A DNA stretch of 64,000 nucleotides, taken from a virus. Both the position numbers and the translations under genes were made by a program. Location: the IMG/VR virus record IMGVR_UViG_3300046538_000109, positions 7,211 through 71,210 of that record; one strand, 5' to 3'. This document shows, in pieces, positions 1 to 12,000 of this stretch (within the stretch, counting starts at the first letter, position 1; every line of letters starts with the position of its first letter). The notes under the pieces are model-generated. The model made no database searches. It worked only from the letters and a program-made list of their open reading frames with translations, and had not been told where the DNA came from.

Positions 1-11
1 CGGCCAATGCC

Positions 12-3000
12 GTGCAGGCCGCAGCCACGGCGCAGGCGGCCGCCAGCGCACCCGCAGCAGCAGCCAGCGCACCAGCCGCCGCCCAGTCAGCGCTGCCGTC
101 GATCGCGCAAATCGACGCCCGGATGGCCGAACTGGTCGCGATCGGGCAAGGCTCGCTGGCGAGCAGCACCACTGACGCTGCCGGCAACAAGGTCAAAGTG
201 CCGGGCGTGCCCGGGCGCCGCCTGACGCACGAGGAAATTACGGAATACAACAGCCTGGAAGCGGCGCGCAGGCAGCGCGCCGCCATCCCGGCCGACCAGC
301 AGGCCGAATTCACGGCGCTGCTGGCGGCCGAGGAAGCCGAGAATAACAAGAAGTTCGAACCGGCCAAGCTGGCGGCCGAGCAGGCGCGCGCCGAGGCCGA
401 AGCACGCCGCGCCGCCGCCGAAGAGGCGCAGCAGCAGGCCGCCCAGAAAGCGCGGGACGACGCCGAGCACGCGCAGATCGCCTCCATGGTCAACGCCGAC
501 GAGCAGTTGCGCCAGCAGACGGCCAAGGTGCGCCAGCAGCAGGATCTGGACGACATCGCCACCCGCGTTGCGCGCGATAACGCCGCCCGTGCGGAAGTGA
601 ACCGCGCAGGCCTGCGCGACGACGTGCTGGCCGACGATTCGATCCCGGCTGACGGTAAGAAATCCGCGTTCGCGGCAGCGCTCAAGCGCGAAGGCTACCG
701 CAGCACCGAACTGACCGAGGCCGACCACCACGAAATCGACGCCGCGACCGCGCCGGTACCGAGTCTGCCCAATGAGCTGGTCGACGCCGTGCCCGAGCGC
801 AAAGCCAGCGCCCCGGCGGCCGCACCTGGCGCGCCGAACACGGACGCCGTCGACGCCGCGATCGCCGCCGGCATGCGCCTGAAAACGGCGAACGGCGCCG
901 TGCTGCACAAGCCAGGTTCGAGCAAGATTTTCAAACTGAGCACCGCCCAGCGCGCGCACTACCTCGAGCGCATGGCCACCCCGGCCGCCGCGCCGGCGCC
1001 AGCAGCGCCGAACGTAGCCGAAGCCGACGACGCGCTGTACGCCGAAGCGGAGGCATTCGTTCGCACCACCAATGACGCATCGGCCGCCAAACTCCAGCAG
1101 CAATTCAAAATCGGCTACAACCGCGCCCAGCGCTTGCTGGAGAAAATGCATGCCGCAGGCTTGGTTTCGCCAATGACCTCGGCGGGGGCGCGCACCGTCA
1201 CGGCGCCGGCCCCAGCTGATGCGCAGCCGAGCGCCGCCGCCCAGGCATTCGACGCGGCCGCCCAGCAAGCGGCTACCAGCCCGCAGAACGACCTGCCGGA
1301 GCCGACCGCAGCCCAGAAGGAAGCCGGCAACTACAAGGTTGGCCGAGCCAAGTTGCACGGCCTGGACCTGTCGATCGAGAACCCGGCCGGGTCCACCCGT
1401 AAGGGCGTGGACAAGTCCGGTACGCCGTGGGAAACCACGATGCAGCACCACTACGGCTACATTCGCGGCACCGTTGGCGCCGACAAGGACCACATCGACA
1501 CCTTCATCGGGAAGAACCTCGACAGCGACAAGGTGTTCGTGGTCGACCAGATCCACCCGGACAGCGGCAAGTTCGATGAGCATAAGGTCATGCTCGGCTT
1601 CAATTCGCTGGAAGAGGCGCGCGCCGCCTACCAGGCGAACTATGACGCCAACTGGACCGGCGGCCGCGCTATCACCGAAACGACCGTCGACGGCTTCAAG
1701 AGCTGGCTGGCCAGCGGCAAGACCAAGAAGCCATTCGCCGCGCCGCGCAACTCGGCGGCTGCACCGACCGCGCCGGCGGCGGCCGCCGCCCCATCGGCGC
1801 CCCAGTTGACCAAGATCGAGCTGAACAAGATGACGGTCAAGGATATGACCAACGACCAGCTGCTGCAGGCAAAGGAAGTATTCAAAGGCCAGTCCCGCGA
1901 GCCGAAGATCGACAGGGAAATTGCGGCGCGCGACATTGCCCCGGCGGCCGATCGCATCGTGGCCGATGAACTGGTGGTGCCGAAGCAAGCGGCGCCGGAT
2001 GCGCGCGAGCGCGCCCGGACCCTGGCCGACTTGGCCGCCAATGCCGGCCATGCGGTCGACATCGACGGCCACTTTAAGCCGGGTGTGTACGGGACGGCAG
2101 AGCAACCGTTGAAATTCGTCTCCGGCATGACGGCCCCGGGCGACTTCACCAGGCTGTTCAGCAACGGGAAGAACGTCGGCATTTCCATGCTGGAACTGTC
2201 GAAGGTGTCCGTCCCCCGGATCGCTGAGCAGCTGGCCAAGGCCGAAGGCGCCCATCTGTTCGTGGATTCCGGCGCGTTTTCCATCCACATGAGCAATGTG
2301 CGCGAGAAAGAGGCGGCAGAGCGCGAGTTGCGCGAGGTCGCCGAGGCGGCGAAACTGGACCATGCCGCCCTGTTTGACCGATATGAGGATCTGTCGCGTG
2401 CGATCAGCGTCGCGAGCGACGGCACGGCCAACGGCCGCGCGCTCTTCGTCATGCCCGACATTGTGGGCGATCAGGCCGGCTCCCTGGCGCTGGTCCAGCG
2501 GTATGCCAGCGAGATCAACAGCTACGGCGCCAGTGCGATCGTGCCCCTGCAGGGCGGCGAACTTACGCTGACCCAGGCATACGAACAGATGATGCGCCAC
2601 CTGGGCATGGATCCGGCAGGCGACATTTCGCCGCTGATCGGGATCCCATCGCAAGCCGAGGCAGTATCGAACGACGAATTCACCGACCTGCTGCGCAAGC
2701 ATGGCGATCGCATCCATGGCGTGCATATTCTGGGCGCGCTGTCCGACCAGCGCCTGCAGCCGCGGCTGAATGCGATGATCGCAGCGGGCTATGACTTCAA
2801 TGTGTCGGCTGACGCCAACCGCGTGCGCTCCCTGACTTCCAAGAGCCGCCCCCGTAAGGAAGCGGTCAAGGCCGTGCTGAATTCTGACACCGCAGACGGC
2901 GCGCCGATGCCGCGCGTTGTGCGCGACGACCAGCGCCCGGAGCCGGCCGAGCCGGTGAGCGCACTCAAGCAGCGCGCGCGCGCGGCCGAGACGGTGGAGC

Positions 3001-6000
3001 CGAACGAGCCAGCCCAGCTGGGCGTGCATGCCAACGCGACCGCGCCGGAGCACGTTGTTCTGGGTGTGGATGACCGCGAGCTGGGCCAGGTTGTCGAGGA
3101 ATTCAACGACGCCCAGGCTGAAATGATGCAGGGCGCACACGCCATCTCCAACATCTTCCAGCCACCGACGAAGCGCGAAGTGGTGCGCCTCGAGGACAAG
3201 GCCCGGGCAACCGGCAAGCTGTGGGACAAGAAAGAGGTCCAGGCGTACAACAAGAATCTGGCCGCGCGCGAGGTGCTGGAAAAGGAAAATCAGCCGATCC
3301 CCGCTGAACTGGCCAAGGTGATCGCCGATTTTGAAGCGGTGTACCTGCCGCACGCCGCCCGGCTCGAGAAAGAAGCCAAGGCCGAAATCGGCAAATGGAA
3401 GAACCACGCGCAGGCGCAGGGTGACGACCCAGCAACCCGCCGCGCTAACGGCCGCAAGATCGTGCTGTCGCTGTTCGATCTCTCCGGTGAATGGTCGCGC
3501 CCATGGGAAGAGGCCGGCTATCAGGTGTACCGCTTCGACATTCAGGACGACCCGACCGTGGGCGACGTGAATAATTTCTCGTCCGAGTTCTTCGGCGACT
3601 GGTTCGGCGACTTCGACGGACTGGATATCCATGCCGTCCTGGCTGCCACGCCCTGCACCGACTTTGCCGTGTCCGGCGCGCGCCACTTCGCCGCCAAAGA
3701 CAAGGACGGCCGCACGGTTTCCAGCGTCAAGCTGGTGCACCAGACCCTGCGCGTGATCGAGTATTTCAAGCCGTCGGTGTGGGCGATCGAAAACCCGGTC
3801 GGTCGCATCGAGAAGCTGGGCGGCCTGCCACCATGGCGCCTGTCGTTCGACCCGAATCACCTGGGCGACTCGTACACCAAGAAAACCCTGCTGTGGGGCC
3901 GCTTCAACGCGGATCTGCCGGTCGCGCCGGTCGAGCCGACCGAAGGCAGCAAGATGCACCGGCTGTACGGCGGCAAGAGCATGGCGACCAAGAACGCCCG
4001 CAGCGAGACGCCCAAGGGCTTTTCCTACGGCTTCTTCATGGCCAACAACGTGGCCGACCATCCCGCCATGGCGCTCGCCAACAAGTTCGACCGGCTGGAC
4101 CGGGCGCTGATCGAGCAGGCGATGGCCGCCGGCGTGACCGAGGAGCAGATCACCGAGGCGGTCGAGGACTACTATTACATGGATCAGGACGACGACGCGG
4201 CCAACGCCGCCGTGCGCGACCTGATCGCGGAGGCCGCGCCGGATCCTGAGCCTGCGCCGACCAAGCCGAAGGCGCGGCAGGAGCCCGCCAAGAAGAAGGG
4301 CACCAAGCAGGCCAGCGCGCCGCAGCCGGCTCCAGCAACCGCCATGGCGGCGGCGAAGTCGGGGCAAGACTTCGGCCAGAAGGCGCGCGACGTGGTCAAC
4401 ATGCTTCCACAGATCACGACCTTCGAGCAGGTGGCCACGGCCGAAAACCTGCTGTTCGATCTGGCCTACGAGATGGAGCGAGCCAAGGACCAGTTGGCGC
4501 CGCAGGTTCGCGCGGCGGCCGATTCGGTGCGCGTCTTCAAGATGATCAACACCGGCGACAAGAGCTATGCGCGCGAAGGGGAGGGCGTGCGTCGCACCCT
4601 CGAAAACGTGCTCGAGCAGCATCCGCCGGCGGCGAAGGTGGAAGAAAACGCGCCGGCAAAAGTCAATCTGGGTTCGGCTGCGACCGGCAGCGTGCTGAAC
4701 GCAGAAGATGGCACGCTGTACCGCATTGAAGGCATCGACATCGGCGCAAACAAGATCCGCACCACCCGCAATCCGGACATGGGATCCGAACGCGTCGTAC
4801 TGATGGACCAGGGCCGCTATGATCGCCTGGCGGCCGAAGATGCCAGCGTGCGCGAAGCCTCGGTGAAGGCGGCGGACAGCGTGCGCAAAACCACGCCGGC
4901 GGCGCAGCCAGCCGCCGACCTTACCGGCCTGGACCAGCGCATTGCCGAAGTCGAGCAGCACCTGGCCACGACGCGCCAAAGCCAGAAGGACGCCGAGAAG
5001 AACGGCAACGCATGGACGTGGGATAAGAAGGTGGCCGAGTGGGAGAAAACCCTGGCCGCTTACCAGGAGGCGCGCGAGCGTCTGCTGAACCCGCCGCCGC
5101 CGTCGCAGTTCGCCGGCAACAAGCTGTTCACCTCCGACGCGGTGGAGAAGGCCCGCGCCCGCATGAAGTCGAAGCTGAGTCAGCTCAATTCCGGCATGGA
5201 CCCTGAGCTGATGATGGACGGCATCACCATCGCCGGCGCTTATATAGAGTCGGGGGTGCGCTCGTTCGCGGCATTCTCGAAGGCCATGGTGGGCGACCTG
5301 GGCGAAGCCGTGCGGCCATACCTGCGCAGCTTCTACGAGGGCGTGCGCCATTACCCGGGCCTGGACGCGGCCGGCATGAACTCGTCCGCCGAGATCGACG
5401 CGATGGAGCAGGCCAATACCGCGCCGCACACCCAGGCGTCGCCCATCAAGAATGACGCGATCGGCGAAACCGTCAAGGCGAAGCCATCGCGCGCCAAGGC
5501 GCCCGCCGACACGCTGCTGCGCGACGACTGGGGCGTGAGCCACATCGATGGATACGCAGAACTCCCCGGCGGGGCGAACGAGCAGACCGACTACGGCCTG
5601 CGCGGCGGGCTGAAAGACGCCTTCCTCAAGGATGCGCAGAATTACCTGCGTAAGGTATCGCTCGAGCTGCAGGCCCAGGGTTTTGTGCCCTACACGGCGG
5701 ACAACGGCAAACCGCTCAAGGTTGTCTCGGTCAACGAGTCGGGCACGGCCGGGTCCGGCGATATCTCGCTGTATGCCTACCACCCGGAAAAGCAGCATGG
5801 GATCTACCTGCATATCGGCGACACGGCGATCCGGGGCATGGTGCCGACCACGAAGTCCGGTATCGCCCTGATGATGCGCGTGGGCCACACGGGCGACCGC
5901 ACCGGCACCCAGGACCACAACCGCTGGATGCCGGTCAACCTGTCGGCGGTCGACCTGGCCGAGCAGGCGGCAAAAGCCGTGCATGCGGCCGCGCTCGCCC

Positions 6001-9000
6001 GCAGCCGGGTTGCACAAAGCCCAACTATCAACCATACTGAAACCATTCCCGCCCCAGTTGCGGAACCGAAGGAGCAAAACAATGATTCCACCCCTGCAGC
6101 AAGTGCGCCTGCGATCGATTCGCCGGTGGCTGAAGGACAACGACCAGCAGGCAGCCACGCTGTCACTCGAGGCGCTGAACAGCCGCGCGCTGGAGCTGGA
6201 CGAGACGATGCTCGAAGCGTTCGAGAGCGGGGAGGACGAGATCAAGTCGCAGATGATGCGCGAGAAGACTTGGGGGACCGACCAGGGGATGACGCGGTTC
6301 CCGACCGAGCGCCTGACGCTGTGGCAGGACATAGCAAGTCAGTTTCTGCCGACTTCCGCCCTGATCTCGGAGGACTGACCCGCGAGGGTTCCTGGTTCGA
6401 CACCGCCAAGCGCAATATCGACCTGATCGAATTGGCGCTCAAGATCGAGAGCGAAGGCCGCCCGGCCACCGCCGCCGAGCAGGCCCAGCTGGCCAAGTAC
6501 GTCGGCTTTGGCGCCTCGGCGATCCGCAACAAGCTGTTCCCGATCCCACCGTCCTACGCCAAGCAGCAGGATCCCAACCGCCTGATCTGGCCGAGCCTGA
6601 TCGGTGAGGCAAGCTGGCGCGCGCTGGCCGAGCGCATGGAGGCGCTGCCGGCCGCCTGGCAGCGTTCGGTGCTGCAATCGTCCCAATACGCGCACTACAC
6701 CAGCGAAGGCATCATCCGCTCGGCGTGGAGCGCCATGCAGCGCCTCGGCTTCACCGGCGGCAAGGTGTTCGAGCCAGGCATGGGTATCGGTTCGTTCTCG
6801 ATGCTGATGCCGGACGCGGTACGCAAGACGTCGCGCTATACCGGCGTGGAATTCGACGGCCCGACCGCGCTGATCGCGCGCCTGCTGTCGCCCGAGCAGA
6901 ACATGCTGCACGACGACTTCATCAAGCGCAAATTCCCGAAAGACTACTTTGACGTGGCGATCGGCAACCCGCCGTTCTCGCAGACCCAGATTTTCGCGGA
7001 TCCCGACTACGAGAAGCACGGCTTCATGCTGCACGACTTCTTCTTTGCCAAATCGATCGACCGAGTGCGCCCGGGCGGCCTACTGGCGTTCGTGACCAGC
7101 AAGGGCACCATGGACAAGCAGACCGACAAGGCCCGCAAGTACCTGGCCGCGCGCGCCGATCTGGTGGGCGCCATCCGCCTGCCGTCGACCGCCTTCGAGG
7201 ACAACGCGGGTACCTCCGTCGTCACCGACGTGATTTTCCTGCGCAAGCGTCTGGAAGACGAGGCGCCGGCCGGCGCGGCGTGGGCCAACGTCGCCACCGT
7301 CGACACCAAGGACGGCCCGGTGGTCATCAATGAATATTTCGCCAAGCATCCCGAGATGGTGCTGGGCCAGAACCGCATTTCCGGCGGCGCCGACGATATG
7401 GGCCGCCGGATCAACAGCAACGGGCGCGGCGCCGCCCAATACACGGTGGTGTCCTACGACCAGACCCCGGCCGAACTCGATGCCAAGTTCGCCGCGGCTG
7501 TTGAGCGCCTGCCGCAGAACGTGTATTCGGTGCTGGGCCAGTCGACCGAGAGTGTGCAGCGCGAAACGGCCAAGGTTGACTTTGACCCGAGCGTGAAGCG
7601 TGAGGGCGTGGTCTACCAGGCCAAGGACGGCGCGATCATGCGCGTGGAGCACGGCGTGGGCGTGCCCCTGGCCAGCGGCATGAAGATGACGGAAAGCGAC
7701 AAGGCATGGTTCGCCAGCTATATCGGCCTGCGCGATCTGGTGAACGAGGCGCGTCTGGCGCAGGCGACGGACGGCAAGTGGGAGTCGTCGCTCAAGAAGC
7801 TGAACAAGGCCTACGACGCATTCCGCAAGGAGCACGGTCCAATCAACGATTTCCGCGTGCAAGTGCGCAAATCGACCGACGAGGATGGCAAGGAGGTGGA
7901 AACCGAGTCGCGCATCTTCAAGAACCGCCGCCGCTTCCGCGAGGACTACGATGCGGCCATCCTGACCCAACTGGAAACGATCAACGAGGCCGGCGACATC
8001 GTCAAGTCGGCATTCCTGCAGGGCCGCACGATCGGCAAGCCCATCACGCGCGAGATCAAGACCGTCGGCGACGCCCTGGCTGTGTCGCTCGATGAAACCG
8101 GCCGCCTGAACCTTGCGGACGTGGGCCGACGCATCGGCCTGAATCGCGAAGAAACCATCGAGGCGCTGGGCAATCAGGTATTCCAGGCGCCCGCCGGCGA
8201 CTGGCAGCTGGCCGACGAGTACCTGTCGGGCGACGTCGTCAGCAAGCTCGAGGAAGCCGAGCAGGCCGCGCGCCTGGATGAATCCCTGTATCGCAACGTC
8301 GAGGCATTGAAGGCGGTGCAGCCCGAGAAGCTGGGACCGTCCCAGATCAGCGCCAAGCTGGGCGCCTCATGGATCCCCGAGGCGCACGTGAACGAATTCG
8401 CGGGCGAGATCGACGCGGGCGCAGTCACGTTCGACCCGAAAACCGAAACCTGGCAGGTGGACGGGGGCAACCTGCGCAGCCAGCGCCGCGCCGGCGCCGA
8501 GTACGGCACCGCCGCGCGCTCGCCGTCGGAGCTGCTGGAGTCGGCGCTGAACAGCCGATCGGTCAAGATCCTGCACGGCAAGGGAGCCGGGGAGCTGGCC
8601 GGCAAGACCGATCAGGAAGCGACCACGGCCGCCAACGAAATGCTCAAGAAGATCAAGGACAAGTTCAAGGGCTGGGTGTGGACGGACGCCGAGCGGGCCT
8701 CCGAACTGGTCGAGTCGTACAACCGGCGCTACAACAACATCGCGCCGCGCCGCTTCGATGGCTCGCACCTGACGCTGCCGGGCGTGTCACTGCGCTACAC
8801 CCTGCACCCGCACCAGAAGAACGGGATCTGGCGCCAAGTGCAGACCGGCGACACCTACCTGGCGCATGCGGTCGGAGCCGGCAAGACGATCGAAATGATC
8901 GCCGGCGGCATGGAGCAAAAGCGCCTGGGCCTGATCAAGAAGCCGATGTATGTGGTGCCGAATCACATGCTTGAACAGTTCTCCAACGAGTTCATGGAAC

Positions 9001-12000
9001 TGTACCCGCTGGCGAACATCATGGTGGCCGACGATGAGAATTTCTCGGCCGAGCGCCGCAAAGCCTTCATCGCCAACGCCACCCTGAACAACCCGGATGC
9101 CGTCATCATCACGCACGACGCGTTCCAGCGCATCGGTGTGAAAGAGGAATCGGTGGCGCCGATCCGCGACGAGATCCTGGCCGACCTCGAAATCGAACTG
9201 TCGGAAACGGCCAAGGACAACGGCGCCCGCGTGCGCCGCAGCCAGCTCGAGCAGCAGATCGAAGCAGTCACCCAGCGCTTCGACCGCATCATTTCCGCCG
9301 GCGGCAAGGATTCGACGCTCAAGTTCGAGGATATCGGCGTCGACTTCATTTTCGCCGACGAGGCGCACGTTTTCCGCAAGCTGGATTTCCACACCTCGCA
9401 GCAGATCAAGGGCATCGACCCGAACGGCTCCAAGCGCGCGCTGGATATGTACGTCAAGACCCGCTGGCTGCAACAGCAGCGGCCGGGCCGCGCCATGGTC
9501 TTCGCTTCGGGCACGCCAGTGACGAACACCATGGGCGAGCTCTACACGATCATGCGCTTCTTCGCGCCGAAGGAAATGGACCGGGCCGGCATTTCCACCT
9601 TCGACGCCTGGGCGCGCCAGTTCGGCGAAGTGGCGCCCGCGCTCGAGCCGAACGCGGCCGGCAAGTACGAGCTGATCGAGCGCTTCGCCAAGTTCGACAA
9701 CGTGCCCGAACTGATGAGCCGCGTGCGGCAATTCATGGACGTGCTGACGTCGGAGCACCTGGGCGCGCTGGTCAAGCGCCCGGACCTGATCGGCGGCAAG
9801 CCGAATCTGAACATCGTGCAGCCCAGCGCGGCCCTGGAGCACTACATGAAAACGGTGCTGGGACCGCGCATCGAGATATCGAAGAAGTGGAAGCCGACGA
9901 AGGACGAGCCGAGCAACCCGGATCCGATCGTCTCGATCATCACGGACGGCCGCTTTGCCGCGATCGACCCGCGTTTCTTCGGTGGTGAGCTGGGCGAAGA
10001 GGGCAGCATCATCACGGAAATGGGCGACAAGGTCGCGGCCGCGTACCATGCCGGCAAAAACAACGTCTATCAGGACAAGAACGGCAAGGACGAGCCGATC
10101 AAGGGCAGCACCCAGATCGTGTTCTATAACATGGGCTTTGGCGAGCAGTCGCAGAAGAACCGCGGCTTCAACGCGCGCGCCGCCTTCACCAAGCGCCTGA
10201 CCGATGGCGGCATCCCGCGCGACCAGATCGCGTGGTTTGACGACGCCAACACCGACGCCAAGAAGGAAGCCGTGTTCAAGGATATGCGCAGCGGCAAGCT
10301 GCGTGTGCTGATCGGCTCGGCGAAGAAGATGGGCACCGGCGTCAACGTGCAAAAGCGCCTGGCGGTGCTGCACTATCAGGATCCGCCATGGTTCCCGGCC
10401 GACGTCGAGCAGCCGCACGGCCGCATCATCCGCCAGGGCAACCAGAACGGCGAAGTGGCGATCGAGTGGTACACCACGAAAGGCACCTACCAGTCGACTA
10501 TGTGGCAGATGGTGGGCCGCAAGCAGCGCTTCATCGACCAGGCTTTCAGCGGCGACAAATCCCTGCGCAGCATGGAAGACATGGGCGAGGCGTCGCTGTT
10601 CGAGCAGGCTGCAGCCGTCGCGTCGGGCGACCCGCGCGCGATCCAGCTGGCGGGCCTGAAACAGGAAGTCGAGCGCTTCGAGCGCCTGCAGGCCGCGCAT
10701 GCCAGCGAACAGATCAACGTCCGCTCCGCGCTGCGCAGCGCCGAGTGGCAAGTGGAATCCGCGCAAAAGCGCATCGTCAGCTACGGCGCCGCCTTCAAGG
10801 CCATCGGCGAACGCTTCTATTCCTTCACCAGCGGCAAGGTTGGGAATCGACTGTTCGACAAGATCGGCGAGTTCGGCCAGGCCATCAAGGACGCCTTTAA
10901 CGAGGTGGCCGCCGATGCCGTGCTGGGCGGCCCGGTCCAGGACCGGCAGATTGCCACGCTCGACACGCTGCCTATCACCGTCGATTCCGAATTCGATAAG
11001 ACCGGCAAGAACCCGAGCGGCGAATTGTCCCTGTACGTCAACGTCGGCAGCCAGGCGCTACACATTTCGACCGCGCCAGCCTTCGGCGCCGACGTCGACG
11101 CCGTTGGCCTGGGCCGCCGGATGGTCAACAGCGTCAACGGCATCAGCTCCGACCTGAGCCGCGCAAAGTCCGATCTGGCCAGCGGCCAAACGGATCTGGT
11201 GCGCCTGCGCAAGAAGCAGGGCGCGCCGTTCGAGTATCAGCAGGAAATGGCCGAGAAATACGGGGATTTGAAGCGCCTCGAGGAAGAGCTGCGACTGGAA
11301 GGCCTGGCGAAGGACGAGCCGGCGCTGCCGATCGTGATCAACGCGGACGGCTCGAGCACCGAGGATAGCGCCGCCAGCGCGGGTGAGCAGGGGCAGGAGC
11401 TGGCATTCAGCCGCGCGCGCATCGACAGCGATGACCCGCTGGTCAACATCTTCTCGAAGATCGCACAGGACGATGCCGCATTCCGCCTGCCGACCAGCAC
11501 CGGCAAGACACTCTCTGCCGTCATGGCCGATATGGCGGGCCTGTCCGTCAACGAGTTCTATGGCGCCGGCGTCGAGGAAGATCCGAAAATGCCAGTTGAC
11601 CGTGTGTGGGAGGTCAGCGCACCCAGCGGCGAACATGCGTGGGTCTATCGCAACAACAAGAACAAGGAAATCTGGCTCGATATCTCGAACTGGAAAGAGG
11701 GCAAACTGGGCGCCGAGGTGTACCAGGCTGTCGCCACCTTCGCCAAGAACACCGGGCATACCTTCATCGGTGACCCGCAAGGCCTGTCCGACAAGGCACT
11801 GTACCGCCGTACCGAGCACATGATCTCGTCGGCCCTGCGCCACGGCACGACCGAGCACCTGGCGCCGCATTCGCGCCAGCGCGAGGACATCGCGACCGCC
11901 ACCGGCACCCCAATGCGCCCGATCCAGTGGCGCGAAGGCGATCACGGACATAACTTGCGGGAAATGCTGGTTTCGTCCTACACTAACATCCTGCAAGTAT

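Noticed and set aside
87-6332. 2081-aa minus-strand ORF (and many other long overlapping ORFs, e.g. 13254-15428 -, 20138-21226 +, 47112-48440 -)
   Set aside because: Arg/Pro/Gly/Ala-rich low-complexity translations typical of off-frame or antisense reading of high-GC coding DNA; they overlap genes with clear domain motifs and high GC3 in the other frame.
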